A stretch of 45,505 nucleotides of DNA from Clostridia bacterium (GCA_017440085.1 JAFSHW010000017.1:1-45505); one strand, 5' to 3'; positions 27,884 through 37,613 are shown, counted from the stretch's first letter. Translations and numbers: made by a program. The notes: generated by a model from the sequence alone, not told the origin.

Positions 27884-28895
27884 GGTATCCGCCTCCTATT
27901 CCGTATCTTCTTGGTTTCGTAAGCCTATCAAGGGGAAGAACCAACATATTCATAAGAAGAATTGAGTAGCTTGCGCCTTCAGGGTATCCGCTGTAATAAC
28001 GGAGAAATACGGTGAGAAGACCGCAGCAAATGCCGAATATCACTCTACCCTTAGGTGTTGCAGGGCTGGTCGTGTAGTCAGTAGCCATAAAGAAAGCAGC
28101 CAAGAACAAACCACCGCTGAAAAGTGACTGAAGCATAAATTCAAAATCAAAATGACCGCCGGTAAGGGGGAAAATAAAAGTTACGAGGGCAACTGTGCCG
28201 ATGTAAGTTACGGGAATATGCCAAGTAATAACTTTTCTGCAAAGCAAGTAAATGCCGCCCAAAAGAATAAGTGCAGCGCTGACCTCGCCAATGCATCCGC
28301 CCGTGTTCCCGATGAACATATCCATAACGTCAACATCAGAAAGGACCCCTGCCTTCAAAGCCTTGAGAGGTGTGGCAGTAGAAATCGAATCTATGTAATC
28401 GGAAACCTGACCGCCGTTTGTAAAAATCGGGTCGGAAAAAATCGGTAACGCAGGTGAAACGAAGGGTTTAACGTAAGTAGTCATAAGCGTGGGCCAGGAG
28501 AAAAGAAAAGCTCTTGCCGCCAACGCAGGATTTACGATATTTTTACCTAAACCGCCGAAAAGCATTTTTACGACAACGATAGCGAAAAACGCACCTACCA
28601 CAGCTAGCCAATAAGGAACAGCCACAGGCAGATTAAACGCAAGGAGCATACCCGTTACGATAGCGGAACCGTCGAAAATAGTGTTTTTCTTTTTTGCGAT
28701 TTTGCAAAAGAGAGTTTCAAATGCAAGGCAAGCACCAACAGAAACCAAAGTCAAGGTTAACGCTCTGAATCCGAAGAAGATAACTGCGCCCACCAAAATG
28801 GGAAGCATTGCAATAACCACGTCAGACATAACGGTCTTCGTAGTTTCACCGCTTCTGTAATGGGGCGAAGAATTTACGAGAAGTCTTTGTGCCAT
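27864..28895 (-). CDS. rnfD: Rnf complex subunit D
   Basis: It is an NqrB/RnfD-type membrane protein (FFMATDYTTSP). AAGGAGAG lies 8 nt before the ATG at 28895. Confidence 0.9.
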   Translation of the reverse strand: MAQRLLVNSSPHYRSGETTKTVMSDVVIAMLPILVGAVIFFGFRALTLTLVSVGACLAFETLFCKIAKKKNTIFDGSAIVTGMLLAFNLPVAVPYWLAVVGAFFAIVVVKMLFGGLGKNIVNPALAARAFLFSWPTLMTTYVKPFVSPALPIFSDPIFTNGGQVSDYIDSISTATPLKALKAGVLSDVDVMDMFIGNTGGCIGEVSAALILLGGIYLLCRKVITWHIPVTYIGTVALVTFIFPLTGGHFDFEFMLQSLFSGGLFLAAFFMATDYTTSPATPKGRVIFGICCGLLTVFLRYYSGYPEGASYSILLMNMLVLPLDRLTKPRRYGIGGGYHVESGK

Positions 28896-28912
28896 AATTT
28901 TCACTCTCCTTC

Positions 28913-30217
28913 TTATCTTGGTAAATGGCCCTTGGCCATTCTCATTGCCTGCACCAGATAAAGTCTTCCGGGGCAAACGTAAGAGCAGCAACCGCACTCA
29001 ATGCAGTCCTGAACGTTATACTTTTTGCATTCACCGAACTCTTCTTTTTCTGCGTGCATGTAAATATAATTAGGCATAAGTCGCATTGGGCATACGCTGA
29101 TACATTTTCCGCAATGGAGACAGGTGGGCTTTTCATCGAAAGTTTCCTCGTCACCGCAGAAAGCAAGCAATGCGGAAGTATTTTTAATAACGGGAATTTC
29201 AACTGAATGCTGAGCTGAACCCATCATAGGTCCACCTGAAATTATCTTATAAGGCTCTTCTGTGAAGCCACCGCAATAATCAAAAAGCTCGTAGTAAGGG
29301 GTTCCTACACGCACAAGCAAATTTTTCGGGTTGGCAACTGCTGAGCCTGAAACGGTACAAACTCTCGTTGTAAGAGGTCTGCCCTTGGAAACTGCTCTGA
29401 AAAGAGACGCACAGGTATCAACGTTAAAAACAGCGCAACCAATATCCATAGGAAGTTTTCCAGGGGGGACTTCTCTGCCGGTAATGGCTTTAATAAGCTG
29501 TTTTTCGCCGCCTTGTGGATATTTTGTCTTAACGGGGCAAACTCTTATGCCGCTGTCTTCTGCGATAATCGTAATGGAAGCAATTGCATCGGGCTTATTA
29601 TCCTCAATAGCAATAACAGCTTCAGTTTTGCCCAAGCATTTCATAATGAGCTTTGCGCCGTTGATAATTGCTCTGGGGTATTCAACCATTGCGCGGTGGT
29701 CTGCGGTAATAAAAGGCTCGCACTCAGCACCGTTGATGATGATTACCTCGATTTTTTTATCAAAAGCCGTTCTTAGTTTTGCGTGGAGAGGGAACGCCGC
29801 ACCACCCATACCTACGATGCCGGAATCCCTTGCGTAGGAGATAATTTCCGAGGGAGTCAAATCGTCGAAATCACCCTCGTAAGGCTCAATACTGTCGTTT
29901 CGTGTATCTTCAAAATCGTTTTCGATTACGATTGACTGAACCTTTACCCCTGAGGGGTGCCAATGGGGAGAAATCGCCTTAACGGTACCCGAAACGGAAG
30001 AATGAATTGGGCAAGAAAGATTAGCGTCACTATCGCCTATAATCTGACCGATACCAACCTTTTCCCCAACGGAAACCACGGGAGCGCAAGGCGCACCAAT
30101 GTGCTGCGAGAGAGGAATAACAACCTCTTCAGGTGCCGGAAGCTCTTCAATAGGGCTTGCGTAAGTGCGGTCTTTATTATATATGGGGTGAATTCCACCC
30201 TTAAATGAAAATGCCAA
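28913..30217 (-). CDS. rnfC: Rnf complex subunit C
   Basis: It has GMGGAAFP, CLHCGKCISVCP and CIECGCCSYVCP. A TTG start at 30217 gives MAFSFKGGIHP, 8 nt after GAGG. The track's 58 extra codons span the promoter. Confidence 0.9.
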   Translation of the reverse strand: MAFSFKGGIHPIYNKDRTYASPIEELPAPEEVVIPLSQHIGAPCAPVVSVGEKVGIGQIIGDSDANLSCPIHSSVSGTVKAISPHWHPSGVKVQSIVIENDFEDTRNDSIEPYEGDFDDLTPSEIISYARDSGIVGMGGAAFPLHAKLRTAFDKKIEVIIINGAECEPFITADHRAMVEYPRAIINGAKLIMKCLGKTEAVIAIEDNKPDAIASITIIAEDSGIRVCPVKTKYPQGGEKQLIKAITGREVPPGKLPMDIGCAVFNVDTCASLFRAVSKGRPLTTRVCTVSGSAVANPKNLLVRVGTPYYELFDYCGGFTEEPYKIISGGPMMGSAQHSVEIPVIKNTSALLAFCGDEETFDEKPTCLHCGKCISVCPMRLMPNYIYMHAEKEEFGECKKYNVQDCIECGCCSYVCPGRLYLVQAMRMAKGHLPR

Positions 30218-30301
30218 AAATAACACCTCAGTTTCTGTAAATACGAACACCGTCCGCCGAGTTTTTCCGGCGGCCGCTTTTAAATATAAACTGCCAAGTA
30301 T

Positions 30302-30330
30302 ATTATACTCTATTTCAAAAGGTTTGTCAA
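30302..30330 (-). promoter_or_regulatory. Consensus promoter of the rnf operon
   Basis: On the minus strand: TTGACA, a 17-nt spacer, then TATAAT. Confidence 0.65.
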
Positions 30331-30460
30331 TATCACAATTTTGAAAAACTGATTCTTGGGAGAATTTTTCTTTGAAATTAAAGGAAATCATCGCCCTTCT
30401 CGAAGAAAAATCACCGACAGAGAAGATTGTGATAAAAGAAAAAATTCAATTTTAGTTAAA

Positions 30461-30493
30461 AAATACCTCAAGAACTAAACTCTTGAGGTATTT
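30461..30493 (-). terminator. Terminator of putP
   Basis: A perfect 13-bp stem (AAATACCTCAAGA / TCTTGAGGTATTT) with a 7-nt loop. Confidence 0.75.
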
Positions 30494-30506
30494 GAAATTA
30501 TTTTTA

Positions 30507-32087
30507 TTATTCAACCACCGCATCGGGGACGTTTCCTGCCTTAACGGCTTCGAAGTCTTCCTGAATTTCATCGGAAGGAGCTTTTGTAAGGAGTGAAACC
30601 ACGACGATAACGATTGAAGAGAAGATGAATGCGGGGAGAAGCTCGTAAATTCCGAACACGCCACCTAATTTGCTGATAACCAATTTCCAAAGGAATACCA
30701 TTCCTGCGCCGCTGACCATACCTGCGATTGCGCCTGCTCTGTTGATTCTCTTCCAGAAAAGGGAGAAGAGCATAAGAGGTCCGAAAGTTGCGCCAAAGCC
30801 TGCCCAAGCAAATGAAACTACTTTGAAGATTACACTCTTTTCGTCAAGAGCGATAACCACTGCAATAATTGCAATAACCAGAAGGGTGATTCGAGTAACA
30901 AGCATTACCTGCTTATCCGTAGCCTTTTTCTTCACAACGCCCTGGAAAATATTTTTAGCCACGGCAGAAGCGGCAATAAGAAGGTAAGAGTCTGAGGAGC
31001 TGATGGTTGCGGCAAGGATACCTGCCATTACGAAGCCCGCCAAAATCGCAGGGAGAGAATTTGTTGCAAGAGTTATGAAAATATTTTCAGCAGCAGGAGA
31101 AGTAAGATGCTCTACGGGGTAAAGAGCTCTGCCCACAATACCGATAAATACTGCAACTGAAAGGGAAATTACAACCCAAACTGTGGCAATTCTTCTGGAG
31201 CGTTTAAGCTCGCTTTCTTTGCGGATAGCCATAAAGCGAAGAAGAACCTGAGGCATACCGAAGTAGCCAAGACCCCACGCAAGTGCGGAGCAAACTGTAA
31301 GAATGCTGTAATTTGCCGCAGCGCCGAACTGTGGAACTCCGTCAACAACTATCTGCTGACCCGCCTCGTTAAGCTGAGGAGTAGCCATTCCGAAAAATTC
31401 AAAGAAGCCCGGAATACTTTCAGCATTTTCAATAACCGCGCCCAAGCCGCCTGCATTAGCGGTTCCGATTACAACAATTACGCCCAAAGCGATAATCATT
31501 ACGATTGCCTGCATAAAATCTGAAACGCTTTCAGCAAGGAAGCCTCCGAGGAAGGTATACAAAAGCACGAAAACCGCGCCAATTATCATCATTGCAACGT
31601 AAGGCATTCCGAAAAGTGTCGAAAAAAGCTTGCCGCAGGTTACGAAACAGCTTGAAGCGTAAACCGTGAAAAAAATCAAAATAAACAATGCCGCAAGGGT
31701 CATAATGACCTTGTTTTTCTCGCGGAATCTATTGGAGAAAAATTCAGGTAAAGTAATTGAATTGTTTGCCCTCACGCTGTAACGGCGAAGTCTTTTTGAA
31801 ACGATGAGCCAGTTAATATAAGTGCCGACCGCAAGACCTACCGCAGTCCAGGTAGCGTCAGCCAAACCGCACCAATAAGCAACGCCCGGCAAGCCCATAA
31901 GAAGCCAACCACTCATATCAGAAGCCTCTGCACTCATAGCCGTTACCCAAGGGCCTAGAGAACGACCGCCAAGGAAGTAGCTTTCGGAGTTTTTATTGGC
32001 TTTTTTAGCGTAAATAACACCGATGAGAATAACCACTGCCATATAAATTACCATAGCAATAAGAATCTGAACAGTATTTCCGTTCAT
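30507..32087 (-). CDS. putP: Sodium/proline symporter (SSF family)
   Basis: It has SAEASDMSGWLLMGLPGVAY and GLAVGTYINW, which are close to the PutP signature region. An AGGAGG RBS is present. Confidence 0.85.
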   Translation of the reverse strand: MNGNTVQILIAMVIYMAVVILIGVIYAKKANKNSESYFLGGRSLGPWVTAMSAEASDMSGWLLMGLPGVAYWCGLADATWTAVGLAVGTYINWLIVSKRLRRYSVRANNSITLPEFFSNRFREKNKVIMTLAALFILIFFTVYASSCFVTCGKLFSTLFGMPYVAMMIIGAVFVLLYTFLGGFLAESVSDFMQAIVMIIALGVIVVIGTANAGGLGAVIENAESIPGFFEFFGMATPQLNEAGQQIVVDGVPQFGAAANYSILTVCSALAWGLGYFGMPQVLLRFMAIRKESELKRSRRIATVWVVISLSVAVFIGIVGRALYPVEHLTSPAAENIFITLATNSLPAILAGFVMAGILAATISSSDSYLLIAASAVAKNIFQGVVKKKATDKQVMLVTRITLLVIAIIAVVIALDEKSVIFKVVSFAWAGFGATFGPLMLFSLFWKRINRAGAIAGMVSGAGMVFLWKLVISKLGGVFGIYELLPAFIFSSIVIVVVSLLTKAPSDEIQEDFEAVKAGNVPDAVVE

Positions 32088-32153
32088 AAAAAAATCCTCC
32101 TATTATAAATATTTCTATACCAAATACTGCAAAATTATGCAAATTTTAAAGAT

Positions 32154-32182
32154 ATTATACACTATTTCCGCAAAAAAGGCAA
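32154..32182 (-). promoter_or_regulatory. Promoter of putP
   Basis: On the minus strand: TTGCCT, a 17-nt spacer, then TGTATAAT. Confidence 0.5.
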
Positions 32183-32265
32183 GTATTTCTGAATATTTGT
32201 CATAGAACTTTAACACACTAACGCAGCAACGTGCTTGAACAGGGGAATAATTCAAAGTTTTTCTA

Positions 32266-32294
32266 TTGACTTCGACGTTTTTATTTGCTATAAT
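32266..32294 (+). promoter_or_regulatory. Promoter of the DMT transporter gene
   Basis: TTGACT, a 17-nt spacer, then TATAAT. Confidence 0.55.
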
Positions 32295-32328
32295 TTGGTA
32301 GGAATTCTTAGAAAAGGTAACGTTATAT

Positions 32329-33261
32329 ATGAAAAAAACTCAATTTAAGGGCGTAATAATACTTCTCCTTACGGCGTTTATCTGGGGCTCATCCTTCGTT
32401 GCACAAAGTGTGGGAATGGACTCCGTGGAAGCCTTCACTTTCAACGGAATAAGAACCCTTATGGGGGCGACGGTGCTTTTGCCCGTTATTTTGATTCGAG
32501 AACTTTTTGCAGTAAAAAAATTACCTGCAGGAGAGCGAAAATCCGTAAAGATTTTTGATAAAAAGACCTTGCTTTTCGGCTCAATTTTAGGCGTAGTTCT
32601 CTGCTTCGCTTCAAATCTTCAGCAGTTCGCGTTTTACTATACCGATTCCGGTAAAATTGCCTTCGTGACTGCGTTTTATATGTTTTTCGTGCCCATTTTT
32701 GGGATTTTTTTAAAGAAAAGGCTTTCCTTCTTAACCTGGCTCAGCGTTCTCGGCGGTTGCGTGGGAATGTATTTTTTGTGCATAGACCCAAGCTCAAGCA
32801 GCGGAATAAACCAAGGTGATATTTTAGCATTCTTATGCTCCATTTTCTACGCAGTGCAGATTCTTTGCATTGAAAAATTTGCCCCTCAGGTTGACGGCAT
32901 CAAGCTTTCCTGCATTCAGTTTGCAGTTTCGGGAACGATTTCCTGCATTCTTATGTTTATTTTTGAAACGCCAAATATCACAAATATTCTCAGCGCCACA
33001 ACTCCCCTGCTTTATTCCGGGGTAATGAGCTGCGGTTTGGCATACACTTTCCAGATAGTTGGTCAGAAATACACGGAAGCAACTTTGGCATCGCTTCTTA
33101 TGTGCCTCGAATCAGTCTTCGGAGTGCTATGCGGAGCGGTAATTCTCCACGAAGTGCTTACGGGCAGAGAAATTGCAGGCTGCGTGATAATGTTTGCGGC
33201 AATAATTCTTTCTCAGCTTTCGGAAATAATTACTGCAAAAATTAAAAGCAAACGAACCTAA
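32329..33261 (+). CDS. DMT superfamily (EamA-type) transporter
   Basis: It has 10 TM helices arranged as two EamA-like halves. Confidence 0.85.
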   Translation: MKKTQFKGVIILLLTAFIWGSSFVAQSVGMDSVEAFTFNGIRTLMGATVLLPVILIRELFAVKKLPAGERKSVKIFDKKTLLFGSILGVVLCFASNLQQFAFYYTDSGKIAFVTAFYMFFVPIFGIFLKKRLSFLTWLSVLGGCVGMYFLCIDPSSSSGINQGDILAFLCSIFYAVQILCIEKFAPQVDGIKLSCIQFAVSGTISCILMFIFETPNITNILSATTPLLYSGVMSCGLAYTFQIVGQKYTEATLASLLMCLESVFGVLCGAVILHEVLTGREIAGCVIMFAAIILSQLSEIITAKIKSKRT

Positions 33262-33283
33262 TAAATTAAATTAAAGCGAAAAA

Positions 33284-33310
33284 TTGCCCAAGAGAAAAAC
33301 TCTTGGGCAA
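33284..33310. terminator. Bidirectional terminator
   Basis: TTGCCCAAGAG-aaaaa-CTCTTGGGCAA. Confidence 0.7.
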
Positions 33311-33350
33311 TATTTATGCAGTATATTCCTTAATTTCCTTTTCGATAAAA

Positions 33351-33587
33351 TTAAAGATTTTTTTCTTTACGCCATTCTTCAGCCTTAGCGGGAGACATTC
33401 TTGTGATGTTCTCTTCGGGATAAACGGATTCAGCGCCGCCATTTACGTAAAGGAAAAATTTACCTGTGGCTGTCTTGTAGAGAGTTTCCTCGTAGCCTGC
33501 AGGATCGCCTACTTCACCGCTGGTGAATTTAGCAACGATTTCAGAAGCGTCTGTATCGTATTCAACTCTGCAAATAACCTTTTTCAC
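33351..33587 (-). CDS. Small hypothetical protein (78 aa)
   Basis: A GTG start lies 8 nt after AAGGAG. I recognise no family. Confidence 0.6.
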   Translation of the reverse strand: MKKVICRVEYDTDASEIVAKFTSGEVGDPAGYEETLYKTATGKFFLYVNGGAESVYPEENITRMSPAKAEEWRKEKNL

Positions 33588-33787
33588 GTTAACAACTCCT
33601 TTGCTTTATGATGTGGGTGAATGTCCTTTGTTGCGTGCGTAGTCGCACCATTGTCATACCTCACGTATTATACCACAAAAATGCGATAACCACAATATTA
33701 TTACGAATTATTTTAACATTAGTTTTCAAAAAAGCCCTTAACCAAGCCGTTTTTTTCACCTTGCTAAAGAAAAAAACAGGGTAACTA

Positions 33788-33816
33788 TTGACACTGATAA
33801 CTTTTTGTGCTATAAT
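33788..33816 (+). promoter_or_regulatory. Promoter of the BNR lipoprotein gene
   Basis: TTGACA, a 17-nt spacer, then TGcTATAAT. Confidence 0.55.
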
Positions 33817-33843
33817 AAATTTACTAAATGGGAGGGTTTTCTT

Positions 33844-35646
33844 ATGAAAAAGATTTTTATTGCCTTTATTTCAACATTCGCGCTCTTGCTGACAGCCTGT
33901 GGAGAACAGGATCAAATACAGATGATACTCTTCGAAGACGAAGTTTTTTCCGAAACGGAGAAAAGGGCGTTAGGAAGTTGCATTGAAATTGAAACATCAA
34001 AGCTTGAAGTGGTTGAGAACCAGAACTCAAACGTTCACTTTTCAGCAAAAGTCACCAACGATGGCTATGATATTTTCGCACCCCTAGATGATGGGGGAAT
34101 TTTCGGATACAGATACGGTCCTTCCATTATTTACAATGAAGACGGAAGCATTGACGCCTGGTTTGCCTCAAATGCGGAAGCCCTGTTTTGGGACGTTATA
34201 GCGTACAAGCACTCCGATGACGGTGGCAAAACCTGGTCTGCGGAAAAAGTGGTTCATTGGCCTGCGGCTGATTCTATGGATTCTTTTTCAAACTGTGACC
34301 CCGGAGTCGTTTACTTCGGCGGCTACTACTATTTGGGCTACACATCAACCATTTGCGACCGAGGAACCACAAATAACGTACACGTCTCTCGCTCAAAAAA
34401 TCCCGACGGGCCCTTTGAACCCTGGAACGGAAGCGGCTGGGGCGGAAACCCAATGCCAATAATTTACTACGATGAAAATATAAGGTTCTTCGGCGCAGGT
34501 GAACCAAGTTTCGTAGTAGTTGAAGATACGTTGTATATATACTACGACTACCTTTGCCAACACGGAAGCTATACGAGAGTTGCTTTGGCAGACGCAACGA
34601 ATGAAAATTGGCCCGAAACCATGAAATTTGCAGGCACTTGCTACAAAAACGGCGGCGGTCAGGACTCCGCAGACGTGGTATACGTTGAAGAATACGGAAA
34701 GTTCCTCGCATTTTCAACCTTTGAAAGAATGGGGGCGACTTCGGGAGTCAGAATTCTGGAATCGGACGACGGAATCAACTTTACGGTGGTTCAGGATATG
34801 AGAGAGGGAATTTCTCAATACTGCCACAATATGGGCATTTCAAAAAAGCCAAACGGTCACGTCAGCATTAACGACGATTTGTTTATCGGTTACGGCTATG
34901 GCGAAGGATGGGGCGTTTGGAATACCAGATTCCAAGGCATTGAATTAAGCACTTACGAGGGAGATATAAACTACGTAATCGAAGAGGAAAACGTATACAG
35001 AGAAGCTCTCCCCTTGCCTCTTGAAGAAGCGGTTGAGAGAATTTTCGTAACAAGCGACCCCTTCTACACGGAAATTCGCGTGGGTGAAACGCAAAAGGTT
35101 GATATAATTCTGGAAAACGAAGACCCGAAAAAGGATATTATTGCAGACCTTTCCGAAGTAAAAATTTACGGATACGACGAGGAAATCATTGAAATTGACG
35201 GATTCAACGTAACGGGAAAAAAGGTTGGCGAAACCGTTGTAAATATCGAATACAAGGGTATGCTTTTAAAGCACAAGGTTTTCGTCAGAAGTGAATCCTT
35301 CATAATGAACGACGATTCCCCCATCTTGACGGCGTTTTACGCTGTTGACGAAGACGTGACGGTATATCTTGATGACGTTCACGAAAAGCAGATAAGGCTC
35401 CGAGTTGAATTTGATAACGGAACGTGGGGCGAAGCCTTTAGAACACTTTACTACAAAGGAAACGATTCATATTACGCTTACGAGGATTTGATTTTCACCG
35501 TTGAAGACGAGTCAGTAATAAGCGTAAACGAAGATGGGTTCATTACTCCGAAAAAGGCAGGAACCACAACGGTTACAGCAACGACTGACGGCGGATTCAG
35601 AAAAGCTCACGTGAAGATTACGGTAATTGACCCTAATTTAAACTAA
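33844..35646 (+). CDS. Lipoprotein with a BNR/Asp-box beta-propeller-like glycosidase domain and two C-terminal Big_2 domains
   Basis: It has a lipobox (LLLTAC), an Asp-box (SDDGGKTWS) and Big_2-like segments (VTGKKVGETVV..., ITPKKAGTTTVTATT). GGGAGGG lies 7 nt before the ATG at 33844. Confidence 0.8.
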   Translation: MKKIFIAFISTFALLLTACGEQDQIQMILFEDEVFSETEKRALGSCIEIETSKLEVVENQNSNVHFSAKVTNDGYDIFAPLDDGGIFGYRYGPSIIYNEDGSIDAWFASNAEALFWDVIAYKHSDDGGKTWSAEKVVHWPAADSMDSFSNCDPGVVYFGGYYYLGYTSTICDRGTTNNVHVSRSKNPDGPFEPWNGSGWGGNPMPIIYYDENIRFFGAGEPSFVVVEDTLYIYYDYLCQHGSYTRVALADATNENWPETMKFAGTCYKNGGGQDSADVVYVEEYGKFLAFSTFERMGATSGVRILESDDGINFTVVQDMREGISQYCHNMGISKKPNGHVSINDDLFIGYGYGEGWGVWNTRFQGIELSTYEGDINYVIEEENVYREALPLPLEEAVERIFVTSDPFYTEIRVGETQKVDIILENEDPKKDIIADLSEVKIYGYDEEIIEIDGFNVTGKKVGETVVNIEYKGMLLKHKVFVRSESFIMNDDSPILTAFYAVDEDVTVYLDDVHEKQIRLRVEFDNGTWGEAFRTLYYKGNDSYYAYEDLIFTVEDESVISVNEDGFITPKKAGTTTVTATTDGGFRKAHVKITVIDPNLN

Positions 35647-35668
35647 AAACAAAAAAAGGCTACGGCAA

Positions 35669-36280
35669 TCACAGATTACCGTAGTCAATTTTTTTATCTT
35701 TGAAGAAAAATTCTTTATCGTGGTCGCTGATTGGGCGGAGAACTCTGCAAGGGTTGCCCACGGCTACAACGTTATCGGGAATATCCTTGGTAACGACGCT
35801 GCCTGCGCCTATGACCACGTTATCGCCGATAGTCACGCCTGGCACGATAATGGAGCCTGCGCCTATCCAGCAATTTTTGCCGATGTGAACGGGAATATTA
35901 TACTGGTAAGCCTTTTGACGAAGCTCAGGCAAAATTGGGTGGCCTGCTGTGGCAACCACTACGTTTGGACCGAACATTGTGTAATCGCCCACATAAATGT
36001 GGGTATCGTCCACCAAAGTCAAGTTGAAATTAGCGTAAACCCCTTTGCCGAAATGAACGTGGCGCCCTCCCCAATTTGAATGAAAGGGGGGCTCAATATA
36101 ACAGCCCTCGCCGATTTCCGCAAACATTTCTTTCAAAAGAGCTTCCCTTTTTTCGCTTTCAAGTGGACGGGTGGCGTTGAAATCGTAAAGCTTTTCAAGG
36201 CAGAGCGTCTGCTCTTTCATAATTTCCTCATCATTGGGTAAATACAACTGACAGTTGTGCATTTTATCTTTCTGAGACAT
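35669..36280 (-). CDS. maa: Maltose/galactoside O-acetyltransferase family (hexapeptide repeat)
   Basis: It has a Maa/LacA-like N-terminus and LbH repeats (IGKNCWIGAGSIIVPGVTIGDNVVIGAGSVV). Confidence 0.85.
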   Translation of the reverse strand: MSQKDKMHNCQLYLPNDEEIMKEQTLCLEKLYDFNATRPLESEKREALLKEMFAEIGEGCYIEPPFHSNWGGRHVHFGKGVYANFNLTLVDDTHIYVGDYTMFGPNVVVATAGHPILPELRQKAYQYNIPVHIGKNCWIGAGSIIVPGVTIGDNVVIGAGSVVTKDIPDNVVAVGNPCRVLRPISDHDKEFFFKDKKIDYGNL

Positions 36281-36312
36281 AAGCTACTCCTTGGAATTTT
36301 ATTTTCAAGCAT

Positions 36313-36341
36313 ATTATAATACATTTCGCGGAAAAATTCAA
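36313..36341 (-). promoter_or_regulatory. Promoter of maa, overlapping the stop of the upstream gene
   Basis: On the minus strand: TTGAAT, a 17-nt spacer, then TATAAT. Confidence 0.5.
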
Positions 36342-37552
36342 GTAGTTTTTGATTTTTTTCTTTTGGAAAAGGCTTCAATCAATCCGAAAAGGACGAAAAC
36401 TGCCACCGCGTAGCCCAATGCAATCCAAAGGTATCTCATATCCCAAATATCGAAGCGTTGCATTTCCGTAACTGCACCACCGATAGCCTCGTAGCGGGTA
36501 AATCCTACCGAATGGCACTCTGCCGCATAAATAGGTGCAGGAATGAGAAGAACGTTTCTTATACCCTTTAAAAGAAGGGGTGTCATTTCGGATCTATCCC
36601 GTTCTTTGGAAAAGAAAATTATTGCAACCACGATATTCGCCCCAAGGCAGAGAAGACCGAAAATCCCCAATAAATCAGCAAAGGAAAAGCCGTCTGTGTA
36701 CGGTTCAAAATACGGTGCGAAAACGAAAATAAGACCTGCCGCAAGGGTAAAAAGAATCTGCAAAATGGTCATTTTTCTTCTGTTTTTAGCGGAAGGACTT
36801 ATTTCTGACTTGATTTCCTTGCTTTCCGTTATCCACTCAATAAAAGGCTTTCTGATTTTAAAATAAATTAACCCAAGAATCAGAAGAAAACCTAAGAAAA
36901 ATTGAGTAAAATAGCTTTCAAAGGATATAACGCTGTTGACGTAATCCGTATTAAACAAAATCAGCGGCAAGGAAAAGAGAATTACCGCAAAAACCGCTAA
37001 AAATGCGGCAAAGGACATATTTCCAAAAGTTGCGTTGAAATTTTCAACAATGGAGTCTTCCGCCATTTCAAAAATCTCGTTATCGTTTTTCACGTATTTC
37101 GTTCTGTTGATTGCCAATAAGGCAAGGACAAAAGCGCAAATTTCAAAAAGAAGCATCACCGAAAAGCCGATAACGGGGCGGTAAAAGCCGTATGAAATGC
37201 CGAACATACACACGAGCCCAACGGCAGAGACGGCAAGGGAAATCCAAATTAAGGTGTTGAACCTGGAAAGTGTTCTGTTGATAATATTTTTCACCTGTTT
37301 ATCAACCTTGACTTCCCTTTTTTCAACGGGCTGAGGCTCCAAAATTCGCTCACCACGCAAAAGCTCGTCGCAAGTCACGCAGAACATTTCAGCGATTGCA
37401 GGAATAATGGAAATATCGGGGGCGCACTCGTCGCGCTCCCAACGGCTCACCGCTTTATTGGAAACGTTCAGGCGATCAGCCACCTCCTGCTGAGTCATTC
37501 CGTTTGCTTTTCTTAATGCGGCAATAAATTGCCCCATAGTATTTTTTGACAT
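36338..37552 (-). CDS. XRE-family HTH domain fused to a polytopic membrane domain
   Basis: The N-terminus (GQFIAALRKANGMTQQEVADRLNVSNKAVSRWERDE) is followed by about 8 predicted TM helices. An AGGAGG RBS is present. Confidence 0.8.
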   Translation of the reverse strand: MSKNTMGQFIAALRKANGMTQQEVADRLNVSNKAVSRWERDECAPDISIIPAIAEMFCVTCDELLRGERILEPQPVEKREVKVDKQVKNIINRTLSRFNTLIWISLAVSAVGLVCMFGISYGFYRPVIGFSVMLLFEICAFVLALLAINRTKYVKNDNEIFEMAEDSIVENFNATFGNMSFAAFLAVFAVILFSLPLILFNTDYVNSVISFESYFTQFFLGFLLILGLIYFKIRKPFIEWITESKEIKSEISPSAKNRRKMTILQILFTLAAGLIFVFAPYFEPYTDGFSFADLLGIFGLLCLGANIVVAIIFFSKERDRSEMTPLLLKGIRNVLLIPAPIYAAECHSVGFTRYEAIGGAVTEMQRFDIWDMRYLWIALGYAVAVFVLFGLIEAFSKRKKSKTT

Positions 37553-37584
37553 AATGAATCCTCCTGTGAAGTTTTTACAACCTC

Positions 37585-37613
37585 ATTCTACCAAAAGGTC
37601 AGCAGAAAAACAA
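37585..37613 (-). promoter_or_regulatory. Promoter of the XRE-membrane gene
   Basis: On the minus strand: TTGTTT, a 17-nt spacer, then TGgTAGAAT. Confidence 0.45.
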
